A model generated the notes under the pieces. That model did not search any database. It worked only from the letters and a program-made list of their open reading frames with translations, and was not told where the DNA came from. Shown here one piece after another: positions 11,156-23,319 of a stretch of 64,000 bases of DNA. Source of the stretch: Rhizodiscina lignyota (lineage: Eukaryota); NCBI GenBank assembly GCA_010015805.1, contig ML978122.1, forward strand, positions 2,762,453 through 2,826,452, in the 5' to 3' direction. Each line of letters opens with the position of its first letter. The stretch's first letter is position 1. A program made the translations under genes and the position numbers.

Positions 11156-12205
11156 TCACAACTTCCCTGTCAACTTCGCACTGCACTTACTCAGCGTCTC
11201 ACAATTCGCTTTAGCTCCGTTAAGCATCAACGACAGATCCAGGCCTCCCAGGATCCAGCGGCAACCCATCTCGTTGATAAGCCGCTCCATCAGATCGGGC
11301 CGGTGGTAGAGACCGCCAATTCCGAAGATCTTGCCGTGCTTCTTGCACGCGGCGGAGACCTTCTCCAACGCGGCGATGAATCGCGGATGATCAAAATCTG
11401 GTAGCGTACCGATCCTGAGGTACATTGCCGCGTCAGAAGCATTTCAAAACAGGGCCGGATGGAGATGCTTACTCAATGGAGAGATCGTTCGCGCCTACAA
11501 GCAAAACATCACAACCCGGCAGCGCAGCAATGGCATCCACATTCTCCAACGCATCCTTCGTCTCAATCATTAAGAAAACCGTAGATCCCCTCTCATTCAA
11601 CAACGGTGCCGTCACCGGTGCAGGCAGCGGCTTGAGATCAAAGTGCGGCAGGCTGCCCGTCAGACTGCGGTGCCCGACCGGCGGGTACTTCGAGATGCCG
11701 ATGACCTTCTTGGAGTCCTCTACGCCGTGGATGTGCGGCACGACGATGCCCATGGCACCGGCGTCGAGCACGCGCTGGATGAAGCCGTCGCCGCATTGGT
11801 GCGGAACTCGCACGAAAGGGGTGATGCCGGCTTGCATGGCGGTGATGCAGAGTTGGCCGCAGTCTTTCATCGTGAGCGTTGTGTGCTCGAGATCGATGAA
11901 AACGGAGTCATAGCCCGCGGTTTTGGCAACGAGGATGGTTTCTGCGAGGGGAAAGCTGCGGATTCCGAGGGCCTGAGAGATGGGCATTAGTGGAGAGGAT
12001 CATATTCAATCAGACAATGGATAGGGGGTTCAAGATAGGTGTGGTGACATGAAACAACACGACCATTCGCCTCTTCTTTCGCAATGTATTTGCCAATCAA
12101 GTATGAGATATGTGAATTTGAGGTTTGGACCATGCTACCTACAGTGGAAACTTTATTCTGGGCTACACGATCCAACAAATTGTTGGCGTGGAGTTGAGAT
12201 GCCAT
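11156..12205 (-). CDS. HpcH/HpaI-family class II (metal-dependent) pyruvate aldolase
   Basis: Exon 1 at 12205-12143, intron to 11973, second intron ~11472-11418. Motifs FIDLEH, PFVRVP, LDAGAMGIVVPH, YPPVGHRS, LMIET and VGANDLS. Confidence 0.9.
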
Positions 12206-12586
12206 GTCTATATCCGTATAAATGGAGACGTCCTTCCGACTTCGCTATGTTTTCTCGATACGGAAATTCAGGAAAGTTGGTCGATGGCGAGATATGCTGA
12301 CTGATACAACAAATATGATTCTCAGGACCTTAGACCCATTGAACAGCAATAAGGAATATATTGAAGCTATTAATACTCAACTTTCGCAAGGCGTGGCGTG
12401 GGCCGCCGGTATTGAATGAGTGAGCGGACAGTGTTGTGCCTTTCCCCGCATAACTTATCCGCAACACAACCATCCAAGGTTAACGGAAAAGGCAAGCTCT
12501 ATAATGTCAAAACTATTAAAGGAGACCATATACTGTTGATGCAAACGTATATTTCGTATTGGACTCCTGATCACAGTCACTTCTGT

Positions 12587-13351
12587 TTACAACTTGTTGG
12601 TATCTCCGCGTCGGTTGCATGAGACCCATACTCGGTCGAGCTGCACGAATTGGAAAACTAAACCAACTTGGGATTTCTTTACATCATCGGCCTCCTCATC
12701 GCTACGACGCTTCCTTCCTACAGCCTCGCCGCCATCACGACCTCCTGTCATTGTATTCTGGCTTGTAACGACATCCAGGATCTCATTATCGCTATCAGTC
12801 TCTGATCCTTCACCTGCGGCCTCCGTCGCTCGTGACCTGGCGATAAAGCTGCCCAGGTCGTCATTGGTCCTTTCCGGGGCATCAACGCTTGGAGGAGGAT
12901 TCGCTGGAGCATCAACGCTCGGAGGAGGATTCGCCCGGGCATCATTCGCTTGAGCATCACTACTCGGAGGATTCACTATAGGCGGCTGAACCTAGGAATC
13001 CTGCTGTGTTTGGAGCCCGAGATATGACGGCCCTTGAAGGAAAGAATCTCCGCGACGACTCTCCGGCACTAGCTGAGTGAAATTCACGCGTCGTTGGAAG
13101 GTAGCAAAGTCTGGGGATCGCAAAGGGCGAGGTGGAGGCATAAGCTGGGAGTCCTCCCCCTGAGTACTCCCAGCTTGTGCGTATGTTAAGGGAGCATTCT
13201 CCTTCTCCGTTGGCGGCGGAATAGTGAGTAGTACTCCCTTTATAGGGGACTTAGCACCTAGGGTGCTTGAGGTTGATCGAAGGCTACGACGGCGCTCGTT
13301 TATGTTAATCTAGCCTAAGGGGGACCTCTGTGAAGTACGTAGAGGTGGCAT
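12587..13351 (-). pseudogene. 255-codon low-complexity frame interrupted by two in-frame TAG codons (RIP-like)
   Basis: One frame runs from ATG 13351 (MPPLRTSQRSPLG*ININERRRSL...QQDS*VQPPIVNPPSS...) to TAA at 12587. Stops at 13312-13310 and 12994-12992. Many CTA/TTA/ATA/GTA codons and an AT-rich upstream flank. Confidence 0.6.
12877..12976 (-). repeat. 30-bp coding tandem repeat (ANPPPSVDAP x2 plus a diverged copy)
   Basis: GCATCAACGCT(T/C)GGAGGAGGATTCGC repeated at 30-nt spacing on the + strand. Confidence 0.8.
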
Positions 13352-15135
13352 TTCGATGATTTCAATAAAATAAATGACAAAGGAACGAGTTAATGAGTGA
13401 ATAGGTACAAGGTATAGCAAAAACAACAAATAAATATAGTAAATTAATGATTGTATACGAATTCGAAGCTTCGTTGCCAGGATATTTGAAAAGGAGGGTG
13501 AGGCTATTCGGGAAATTATAGCCAAGTGTCAGGGATTCTTAGTAATTAGCTAATAAACCTGGACTAGCGTGCACGGGTGACCGGCACAGGCCACCGCAAA
13601 CAACAAGAAATCACTGGTGGTGGGGGGTGGCAGCGTGATTGCAAAATGCTGTAGTAAACCGCTGTTCAAGGTTGCCGTTAGTTTTAGGTAGCCGGGGCTA
13701 GTTTAACATTATTCAATATCAAGAAGCAGAGCAGCAGACTTTCATGACTCCTGAATGATATTCATGGGAAATACAATAATGTGACTGAACATGCCGATGT
13801 TTTGGATATGGCCAATATCATCACTTTTGGGGACTTTGTAGTCGCCGACTGATAGCTCTTAGGTTCCCGTACGGTGTCTGAAAACATGAATCAGTGTATC
13901 GCCGACAGTAAGATGAGAGTGATAAGATCGCAAAGTCAAAGGCGAAGAGTTGCGTTCTTTGGAGAATAGCCAGGTCGTAAGGACAGATTTCTGATATTGC
14001 TGCGGCTTGCGACAAGCTTCTTCATTAGATGCGCAGGGGAAAGAGATAAGATCCACTTCAGACGCATTGTACGAGCCGGGAAGGCTATTGAATATCGGCC
14101 GACGGATACTCCGTATACGTGTTTGAAGGCGTCTTTCGTCCGTTCGAAAGCTGAACATTCGCCACCGGACCACTCTTGAAATACGATACCAATCAACAAC
14201 AAAGCATCTTTTTGCTAAGTAAGCGGGCCTATTGTTGAAGAGGATGTCTTTGTAATAAGCACTATTCCTTCTTAATTGCACCATGCGAAACGAGCGACCA
14301 ATCTTCGCATTACCACAGATCCCGTTTAATGATCACTTTCAGCTGCGGAGCTAATCATTAGAGTCCGGATTAGGTATCATATACCGGTTTGAGAGTGATT
14401 ATGGAATCTTTGGGACGTGAAAATCGCTTATAAGTATGCAGTCCAATGGGGAGTAAGCAATAATATATGATTCTCCCAAAGAGGGGTATTTCTTAAACAC
14501 CTCTGCGATATCCCTAACAGCCATCCTAGTCTCATTAGCCTCATTCAGCTTAGTCGCTACTTTCCTTCAACTCCACGTCTCGTTTCTGCATATACCGGAG
14601 GCGTATCGAAAGCCCGCTTGCTAAGCTACCATGCTAAAGTCTGAGATCATAAGCTTATCTTGGACATGCCCTTTCTCGAGCATCAATACCCCGGATCGCA
14701 TGCATGCGAGCCCTTGTCAGCCGCTTTTCAATTTGGACAGATCGGACGATGAAAGACGGCGAAAGAGGATTCCTCATAATTCGACAGCATCAATCTCTAT
14801 TTAATCGAGTCTGGTTAAGCTTCGTCTGACACTTGCATGGACAATCTGGCTGGATGTAGCTAAATTCCACTCTGACTCTTACATACTCTAGCGGCATGGA
14901 TCAAAGCTTCGGTCAAAATATCGGGTTGTCCAGTAGATGTAGAAGATGTCGACCATAGGGCGTTGGACCCTGCGATCGGCTGTTTCCCTCAAACTAATAA
15001 ACAATTTATATACAGCTCTCGCTTACTTATTTCGGTTTTAAGGACTCCTGTTCAGAGTTAGATTCGAAAAGAAAGGAGACTCAAACTATCTATCAAATTT
15101 GTCTTGTCAACTCAACCATTTCCCAATTACTCACA

Positions 15136-16747
15136 ATGGCAGTCAAGAATGTCCTCCAGTATACTCCAGTCGAGGAGATACCAGCGATGGTAAAGAGCTT
15201 GGACGACGTCTTCCGCTCCGACAAGACTGAGTCCGTGGAATGGCGCAAGGGCCAGATCAAGCAGTTGTGGCGTATGATGGACGAGAAAGAGGCAGAATTT
15301 CAAGAGGCCCTCCGACTTGACGAGGGGAAGCCGCAATTTGAAGCTCAAGTGTTCGAAATGGGCCTTGTGAAGAATGACTGCCTGCATATGCTTGCGGAAT
15401 TAGATGGTTACCTGGAGCCGGAGGCTGTCGCAGTCCCTCCGCCATTCGAGTACTGGCAGCCGAAGATCCTACGACAGCCAAAGGGAGTTGCTCTGATCAT
15501 AGCCCCATGGAATTTTCCTATCAATCTGACAATGCTCCCTCTCCTGGGCAATATCGCTGCTGGAAACACAGTCGTCATCAAACCGAGCGAGTATACGCCT
15601 CATACCGCGCAAAGGCTTGCGGAATTTCTTCCTCAATATCTAGATCCCGATTGCTTCAAAGTCGTTAATGGCGATGCGCCCATCGTAGAGGCACTCTTGG
15701 AACAAAAATTCGATGTCATTTTGTTTACTGGCTCGAGGAAGAACGGTCATAGTGTGATGGCAGCTGCGGCAAAGCATCTCACTCCTGTCATCCTTGAACT
15801 TGGCGGCAAGAGCCCTGTCATCATTTCAGATAAGGCGAATCTGCCCATCATCGCCAAGCGCCTTGCTTGGGGGAAGTTCTGGAATCTTGGACAAATCTGT
15901 ATGGTGCCTGACTACGCTCTTGTTCAGGAGAGTGTGTACGATGAGTTTGTGGAGTTGCTCAAGAAGGTATGATCAGACTTCTCTACACTGCTCCAATGAT
16001 ATGCCAACAAAATATACAACAGGAAATCGAAAGCCAATATGGACCCAATCCCCGAAAGGTTACGGCTCGGATCATCAATGAGAACCACTTCCAGCGCTTG
16101 TCAAAACTGCTGTCCGGGACGAAGGGCAAATTTGCAGTCGGAGGGAAGGATCTCAGTATTGATGAACTCTTCATTGAGCCGACGGTCATTAGAGACGTAT
16201 CGGAAGACGACGTCGTCATGCAAGACGAAATCTTCGGCCCTATCTTGCCCGTACTCAAATACCAGAAACTTGAGGACGTCCGCGCGATGGTTCGTAAAAT
16301 CGACGAGAACCCACTCGGCGGATACATTTGCAGTGAAGATCAAGCAGAGATCGACTACGTGGTGAAGTACATACGCGCAGGGGACGTAAGCGTCAATGGT
16401 ACAGTGCTTCGCAGCATCCTTGTTTGCATTTATAGGCTAACTTATCCTTCCCCAGATATGATGGCCCACATCGCAGTAACAGGAGCCCCATTCGGAGGTA
16501 TGCAGGCTTTTTTTCACGCCTCTTGACAATCGGTCGACTGCTTACACACATTTTAGGTCAAGGCGGTAGCGGTATGGGCCGGTATAGAGGCAAAGGAAGC
16601 ATCCTCGCGTTCACTCATCCCAAGAGCAACGCCACTGTCTCGACGTCCGATCAGTTCGAGGGCATGCTGAGCTGGAGGTACAAGAACGGGGAACGTGTGG
16701 GAGATTATGATTTTTACAAGCAGCATCTGGAGCCTGCTCTGAACTGA
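15136..16747 (+). CDS. Aldehyde dehydrogenase, ALDH3/Hfd1/CarD-like
   Basis: IIAPWNFP, KPSE, FTGS, ELGGKSP, catalytic GQIC and DEIFGPILP; APFGG-QGGSGMGRYRG joined across an intron. Introns ~15967-16022, 16399-16455 and 16498-16556. Confidence 0.92.
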
Positions 16748-17753
16748 GATTTTCCATCGATCTTACAAGGGCTCCATGTTCAAAGGAATTGTTAGGAACT
16801 CTCCTTAGCTTTAGGATTAACCCAATATCAAGGGTGACAAAAAAAGTCGCATCCCAACTGCGACGCCTTGAACTGCTAGGCTGTACGGAGTAGTCCTCGT
16901 TCGTTTGTCGATGTCATCTTCGAAGAAGATGTGCGTACTCCAGAAGTACTTTCCTGAGCATGTCAAACTAAGCTTCTGGATGTGCTCTCGCTCGCATTGG
17001 AGAGCAAACCTCATCTGCGCTAGACTTAGAGGTACATACACCCTCAACCTACGCCGTGGCGCGTCAGTTCCGTCAGTTCCGTCAGCCTTGGCCGCTATTT
17101 CTCGTTGAATAGCGGAGTTGACCGCTCGCAAAAAGTCGCTCGGGCTAGAAAGATTTGATGATGTTTGATTCCCGCAAGATACCCAAATCATTTGAGACGT
17201 TCAAAGTAAACCGTACTGTCAGTCAGGCAGGGAGGACGAAATGGATTCGACTAGAGTAGCTCTGCTCTACCTTGCTACGGCACGGGTTCGGCCCGATGCG
17301 CTTCAACACCCCCCCCTGCGCCACACCTCTGGGGAGTCAATCCACATTTCGCGTCAAATGGCAGGACAGCACCATGGGCCAGATGATGACCATTTACGAT
17401 CGTATGCGCACCTACGCAATTCCCACGACCTGGGAAGGTGGCTTCAAACTGTTGAAGATGATTGGATTCTGGTGCGCCCGCAGCCTCAATGGCGTTCTCT
17501 ATGTTTCAGGACTGCGGTGCAGCGGCAGAAACGGCGATACGCACGTCAGCCTTGCGGCACAGCAGTCCTGAATTAATGTACCGAAAGCTCTCTGTGCATA
17601 CGATGGCTCTGAGATTACTGCCGTGTCTTCATTTTGCTTCAACTTATGTATCTCAATATTCTCGCTTTCCAATTGTTTAGTAGTTTCTTTTCACCTAGAC
17701 AGGATTCTGACTGAATGATCTCCATTTTCGATTCATTGGTCCACATATAAACC

Positions 17754-20700
17754 ATGGACGATTCTTCTGTAGAGGATGCACGAGAGTTCATCGATAAGCT
17801 ACGATATGAAAATGGGGGCCTGACAAAAGAGGATAGAGAATATCTAGAAAACAGACCCACACTGCGTCAATCGTATGACAATCTACGCCGGAAGCTTGGG
17901 GTATCAACAAGAACGTGAGTTACTTCTAAAAAAAAATCATGCATCTTGGGTGTCCTGCCGATCCATACCGTGCTAATGTCTGAGTATCTAAAATAGTCTC
18001 GCTGAACAGTTATACGCAAAAGACACCCGCTTTGTGTACGAACTTATCCAGAATGCCGAAGACAACAACTACACTACTGTGAATGGCTTATCTGACCTCC
18101 CCTGGCTTCGTTTCGGCCTGTACCAAGATCGAATCGAGATTGATTCAAACGAAGATGGTTTCTCAAGGGCAAACATCAGAGCCATCTGCTCGACTGGCGA
18201 GAGTACCAAGACAAACGTCAGAGGTTACATTGGCGAAAAGGGCATTGGTTTCAAGTCGGTGTTTAAGGTTGCATATAAGGTGCACATTCAGTCCGGAGTA
18301 TATTCATTTGCGTTTGAGCACCAACGCGATGGAAACGACAATGGACTCGGAATGGTCACCCCAGTGAATGAACCACATCGTATAATCCCCGACGTGCGGA
18401 CTCGGATGATACTTTACCTTCTCAAGAGCTGCGATCAAGATTCACTTCGCAAAGATCTCCTCGACCTACCAGAGACCCTCCTGCTGTTCTTGAGGAAGTT
18501 GAAAAGACTGTCGATTCTCATCGCGCTCCAGGAGGATGCACCACAAGAGCGGCATTACTCCTTGACTTCATCCGGAAATCGTGCCACAATCCACAAAGCA
18601 ATACGGCCTTCTATATCGGATTCATCTAGGGATTATTTGATCACGCGTCGATGGGCCTCCAACATGCCACTCGACGGCGCTCGCAAAGGCATCACTGATG
18701 CAGAAATTGTACTTGCGTTCCCACTAGACGCACACAATGCTCCCATTGTCGAGGAGCAGCACGTATTTGCTTTTCTTCCACTGCGAAAGGTTGGCTACAA
18801 GGTCAGCTTAAAATTTTCTTCTGTCGATTTCTCTAATATAATTGACGGGTTTGGCCTAGTTCCTCATTCAATCCGATTTCATCGCCCAGGCAAGCCGTGA
18901 AGATGTGTTCGACAACAAGTGGAATAGACACCTCCTCGAGGAAATCAGTAAAACTTTCATGAACAGCGTCGATGCTTTTTTGGAACACCCAACCCTCAGG
19001 CATTGTTGGGTGCGATACATTCCAACCGACCGGATTGCGGATGAGTTTTGGGGACTTCTTCAAACCCAGATATTCTCCAGGGTCTCTTCTTGCAGCGTGT
19101 TCTCTTCGAGAGACAATTCTCTCTGGAAAGCGAAGGACTTGTACGTGGTGCCTCGTCAATATAGAGACGCCGCTATGCAGCCCTTGATACCTGACTACGT
19201 TGGCGGACCAACCGCATATATATCCGAAGACTACGATACGATCTTAGATGTTCCGATCTTGAGAAAACTAGGAACTACCACTCTGTCAACCGGAGGTTTT
19301 CTGGGCAGGATCAATAAAGATCTTGACCGCCTTCATCCCCGACTCCACACCATGCCGCCTCAGCTTGCAACCGACTGGCACACCAGAGTCGCTGATCAGC
19401 TAATAGCTGCTATTCAATTGAATTCTCGGAACCGTGACTTCCTGCGAAAGTTGCCAATTGTGCCACTGAACAATGGGAGATGGGTCCGAACGTTCAACGC
19501 TAGCGTCTTCTTTCCAACATCAGGCGGGACCGAAATTCCTCCTGACTTACCATTGAACCTCGTCAATGATGACGCACTCCAGAATGAGAGCCGGAAGAAG
19601 CTTTTCAGTCAACTCGGCATCGCTGAGTGTGCGCCAGCGAGGATCTTTCCGCTGATCGAGCAAACATATCCACTTTCCGATCAAAACTTTGACAAGAGCC
19701 TATCCCACGTCAAATTCATGTTCTGGCATCACAAAGAGCTCCCATCTCAAGGTTTACGCGTTTCACTGGCTCCAAACGACAACAGTGATTGGTTCAGGCC
19801 CAGTGACGTAGCGCATGGCTGGGTATACTGCCCCCTTCCTGGAGATGGATACGCCGCATCATCACTTATTCCGGCCTCCCTACCGGAAGAGTTGAGAGGC
19901 GAGATGCATTTTGTCAAGTCTGACTATTACAACATGCTTCGGCAGTGCCCCATCCGGAATGGCCAAGAAGGAGTCGATTGGTTCCGAGAATTCTTCCAAA
20001 TCAAGCATAATGTGCAGCTTTACTGGAGAAAATACTCGACTTCGACTTCATATGAACTGGACTATATTCGCAAGTGGCGTCCAGAGTCTTTGCTTGGGGT
20101 GCTTGAGGCCAGCTGGTTTCAGTATAATGAGTGCAAGGACTGGGACGATTCTTTCGCAGCCGCAGAAGTCCCAATACTTAAGTCACATCAGCGAAAGCGC
20201 CTTGACTCTACATATCTACCTCTTCCAAAGCTCGTATCAATCGTCCGAGGCCTGGATCTCGAAGATGACTTTGGCTTCATTCAAGAGCTACAATCCATTA
20301 CCGAGATTTCCTCCATCAAGTGGTCCTTTTTGAAACGCTTTGGGGTCTCTATCGAAGAGAGCGTGACATTTTGGCTAGCGCTCTTGACTCAAGCAAAGGC
20401 GAAGAAAGATATTGAATGCAGGATTATTTTTGAGATATATCGGAACTTGCAAAAGTTTAGCGCATCGCACGATGGAGACAAAATCCGGTCAGTCTCATCC
20501 TTGTCCGCTTTGCTTGACGTTAGCTAAATCTCAACCATAGGCGCGCCTTTGAACAGGATGTCATCTGTCTACCTCCAGAATCTCAGTCCGACAGTGCGGC
20601 ATGGATCGCCCTTGACTCATGTGTTTGGATGGGACCAGATTGGTTCACCTTCAAGACTCGCTTGGGGGCCTTGAAAGAGTACGGCACACTATACGGCATC

Positions 20701-22950
20701 TTCGTTAACACACTACGCACCAGCGATGCAAATTTGAATGACTTTTTGGCTTACCTACAATCTATTCAAGAATCCAAAACTTATCTGACGTCAAAAGATG
20801 AGGAACGAAAGATTACTTTGCTGTACAAGGAGCTTCAAGGTAACGTTACGGACGACACCGCAGTAAGACTTATTCGGTGCAGTAGTTCCCAAATTTGATA
20901 TCCAGTGTATGAGCCATTCTAATGTTTTTAGATCTCGATTTGAAGACCGAAAGCTTATCTACGATTCCCGAAACCTGACGTGGCATGCTCCATCTTCATG
21001 CATTTGGGCTGAAGATCGGATCCAGCTTCCCAGAAAGGTGTCTCTCGCTTCAGCATATAAGGGGTACCAGTCATTCTTCACCAAGACCCTTGGAGTCACC
21101 AAGCCAAACTTGCAGATGCACATCAATGCTCTGGAGCAGAAAGCTGCAAATGAGCCAGAGAAGCAAGATATACTGCAAGAGATGCTCAACATCTGCGCGT
21201 TCAACCCTACGCCGGATGCCCTCAAGAGACTGGGAAACTGCGAATGCTTTCCAATCAAGCCACAGTTGGGTAACCTCGCTTGGGTCAATGGCTCAAGCGA
21301 TTTCGCAATTATAGATCGTCGTGAATATGGTGAACTTTTCAGCGGAAAACTCAAAATCTTGGATCTCACGTTAGAGGAAGTCCACAGCATCAAGGACTTC
21401 CTCGATGCGATGCAGTTAGAGGAGAGATACTTGTCGAGTGCTGTCAAGCCTAAGACTAGCGCCGAAGGTGGCTCGCTCAGCCGGACACTGACGGATGATC
21501 TGAGAAAGAAATCATATGCGATTTGTCGGTGAGTTTTCACAAGTTCAAGTTCCACACGGCGCTAACCTTTGCAGTTTTGCCGCTCACTTCGGCAGTGCGA
21601 GAGTCAGACGGGACCCAGCTACTGTACAGTCGATGCTTCAGAGCATGGAAGTCTACAGCAGTAGCGGCATATCAATGTCCCTGTCGATCAAACAAGCAGA
21701 CCGTGAGGTGACGATCGATCAAAAGAGAGCCTACTTCCACCTTAAAGAAGAGGAGGGTAAGCTGACACTCTATGTTCCAAAAAATGGGGCCCAGCGACAA
21801 GTATGTTATGCGTCTGAGCTTCCAGCTGCGATTCTCAAACATTTCGGTGCTCAAACTGCGGAATCTGCACGATTTGGCCACGTAATCGCTGCACCTGGCC
21901 TTTCTGCTGTCAACGAGCTTCTCGAAATCAATGGGATCATCGAGGTTGCTGGAATAGAAACACCAAACGACGATAGTGGATACGAATCCGATTCAACAGA
22001 AGGCGTGGATACACCACCTGGCAACTCTGCGACACCGCTCGAGTCGACGTCCTTGCACGAAATAGCACAGTCATCCTCGCATCAGGCCGCGTCTCCCTCT
22101 TCTCGAGAGGCATTCCCTCCAACGGTTGTAGAAGAACCAGAAGTGGCACCAGCTCCCTCAAGTTTTGCACCATCTCGATCTCCTACCCCACAGCCACGAG
22201 TGGACCAGTACAGGGAGCTGTTAGATGTTTTGATTCGGCAAGCACAGGGACTGTCAAGCCTTCCCCATGCTGGACAAACCATTCGGGCAGCGGCGGCTGT
22301 GGAAGACCGTGGACTGAATACTGTATTCGCAGTGGAGTCGTCCACTCCTGGGGAAAGGGAATTTAGGATAGGTGCAGCTGGAGAGCTGTTCGTATGTGTA
22401 TCCTAAAGCGCGACCAGCACCGCAACCAAAGCGTGCTAACATGATACAGGTGTTTGAAGTGCTGAAAAGCCTTGCGCTTCCGAACTTCTCGCTTAACCAT
22501 TGGCAGAGCACGATCCGTGGCCGAGTCAGTGTACATGACGACTACCAGGGTATTCGTAACTGGATAGGCACCGAAACCGCTGATATTGTCTATCACGACT
22601 ACCGTAGTGCGCTCACTGAAAGGCTGATCAGCCTGGGCTATTTGGGCTCCGCGTGGAGAGCCCGCACTCCGACCTACTACATCGAAGTCAAGTCGACTTT
22701 AGGGCTGCTGGAGATGCCGTTCTTCTGCAGTCAACCACAAGTTTCTCGCATGGACGGTATGCGATTGTCGGCCTCAAATCCGCTTTCAAACGATGTCTAT
22801 CTCATCTTCAGAGTATTTACGTTAGGTGACAGAACCGGATTCAAGATCTACTTCGATCCTGGTACTCTAAAGCACGAAGGCGAGTTGGAATTTAGAGCCG
22901 ATAAGTTTGCTGTGACATCACGACTCCGATTTCATCATGACGGGTTATAG
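17754..22950 (+). CDS. Sacsin/NO VEIN-like GHKL ATPase with a C-terminal DUF3883/NOV_C-like PD-(D/E)xK nuclease domain (~1,614 aa)
   Basis: Exons 17754-17914, 17997-18801, 18860-20487, 20541-20876, 20932-21528, 21575-22391 and 22450-22950 join in frame (4,845 nt). N-terminus has YELIQNAEDN, SNEDGFS, STK..IGEKGIGFKSVF and FLIQSDF..ASREDV..WN. C-terminus has IGAAGELFVFE, ADIVY, YYIEVKST and FFCSQPQ. Confidence 0.85.
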
Positions 22951-23319
22951 ATAGAGTATATGTTGCACTCGATGGTAGTTTGATCTGAGCACGGCCCTTT
23001 ATTTCCTAGAACCGATAACTCGGCAACATGCGGTGGATCAGGACGATTTTGGCAATCATAGAAGGTAACCTCAGGAAATTGTATTTGTCGTCGCTTATGC
23101 AATTTGATACACGATTACTGACCCGACTCGCTGTAAAAACAAATGAAAAGTAAAAGACCGTAAAGTCTAGATGCTGAGCCAATCAGAGGGGGTATTTAGC
23201 CATTCAGAACTCCGTCGCGCGATGCATCTGACAATCTCTCCTGTCCGCAGGATGCCCATTCAAACGCCCAAATCCAAATGCAAATTAGGGTAAGAAAACA
23301 AAGCAAGAAAAGAGTGATT

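Noticed and set aside
13821..14284. ORFs of 60-141 aa in the aldolase-ALDH spacer
   Set aside because: No recognisable domain or splice structure; could be a relic but cannot be supported.
16817..17680. ORFs of 67-124 aa and a 9-bp micro-repeat upstream of the sacsin-like gene, considered as a partner or antitoxin gene
   Set aside because: No motif, competing frames on both strands and no coherent gene model; worth a tBLASTn but not callable.
10600..23100. Starship or other intact giant transposon
   Set aside because: No DUF3435 tyrosine recombinase or other mobilisation gene and no terminal repeats recognised.
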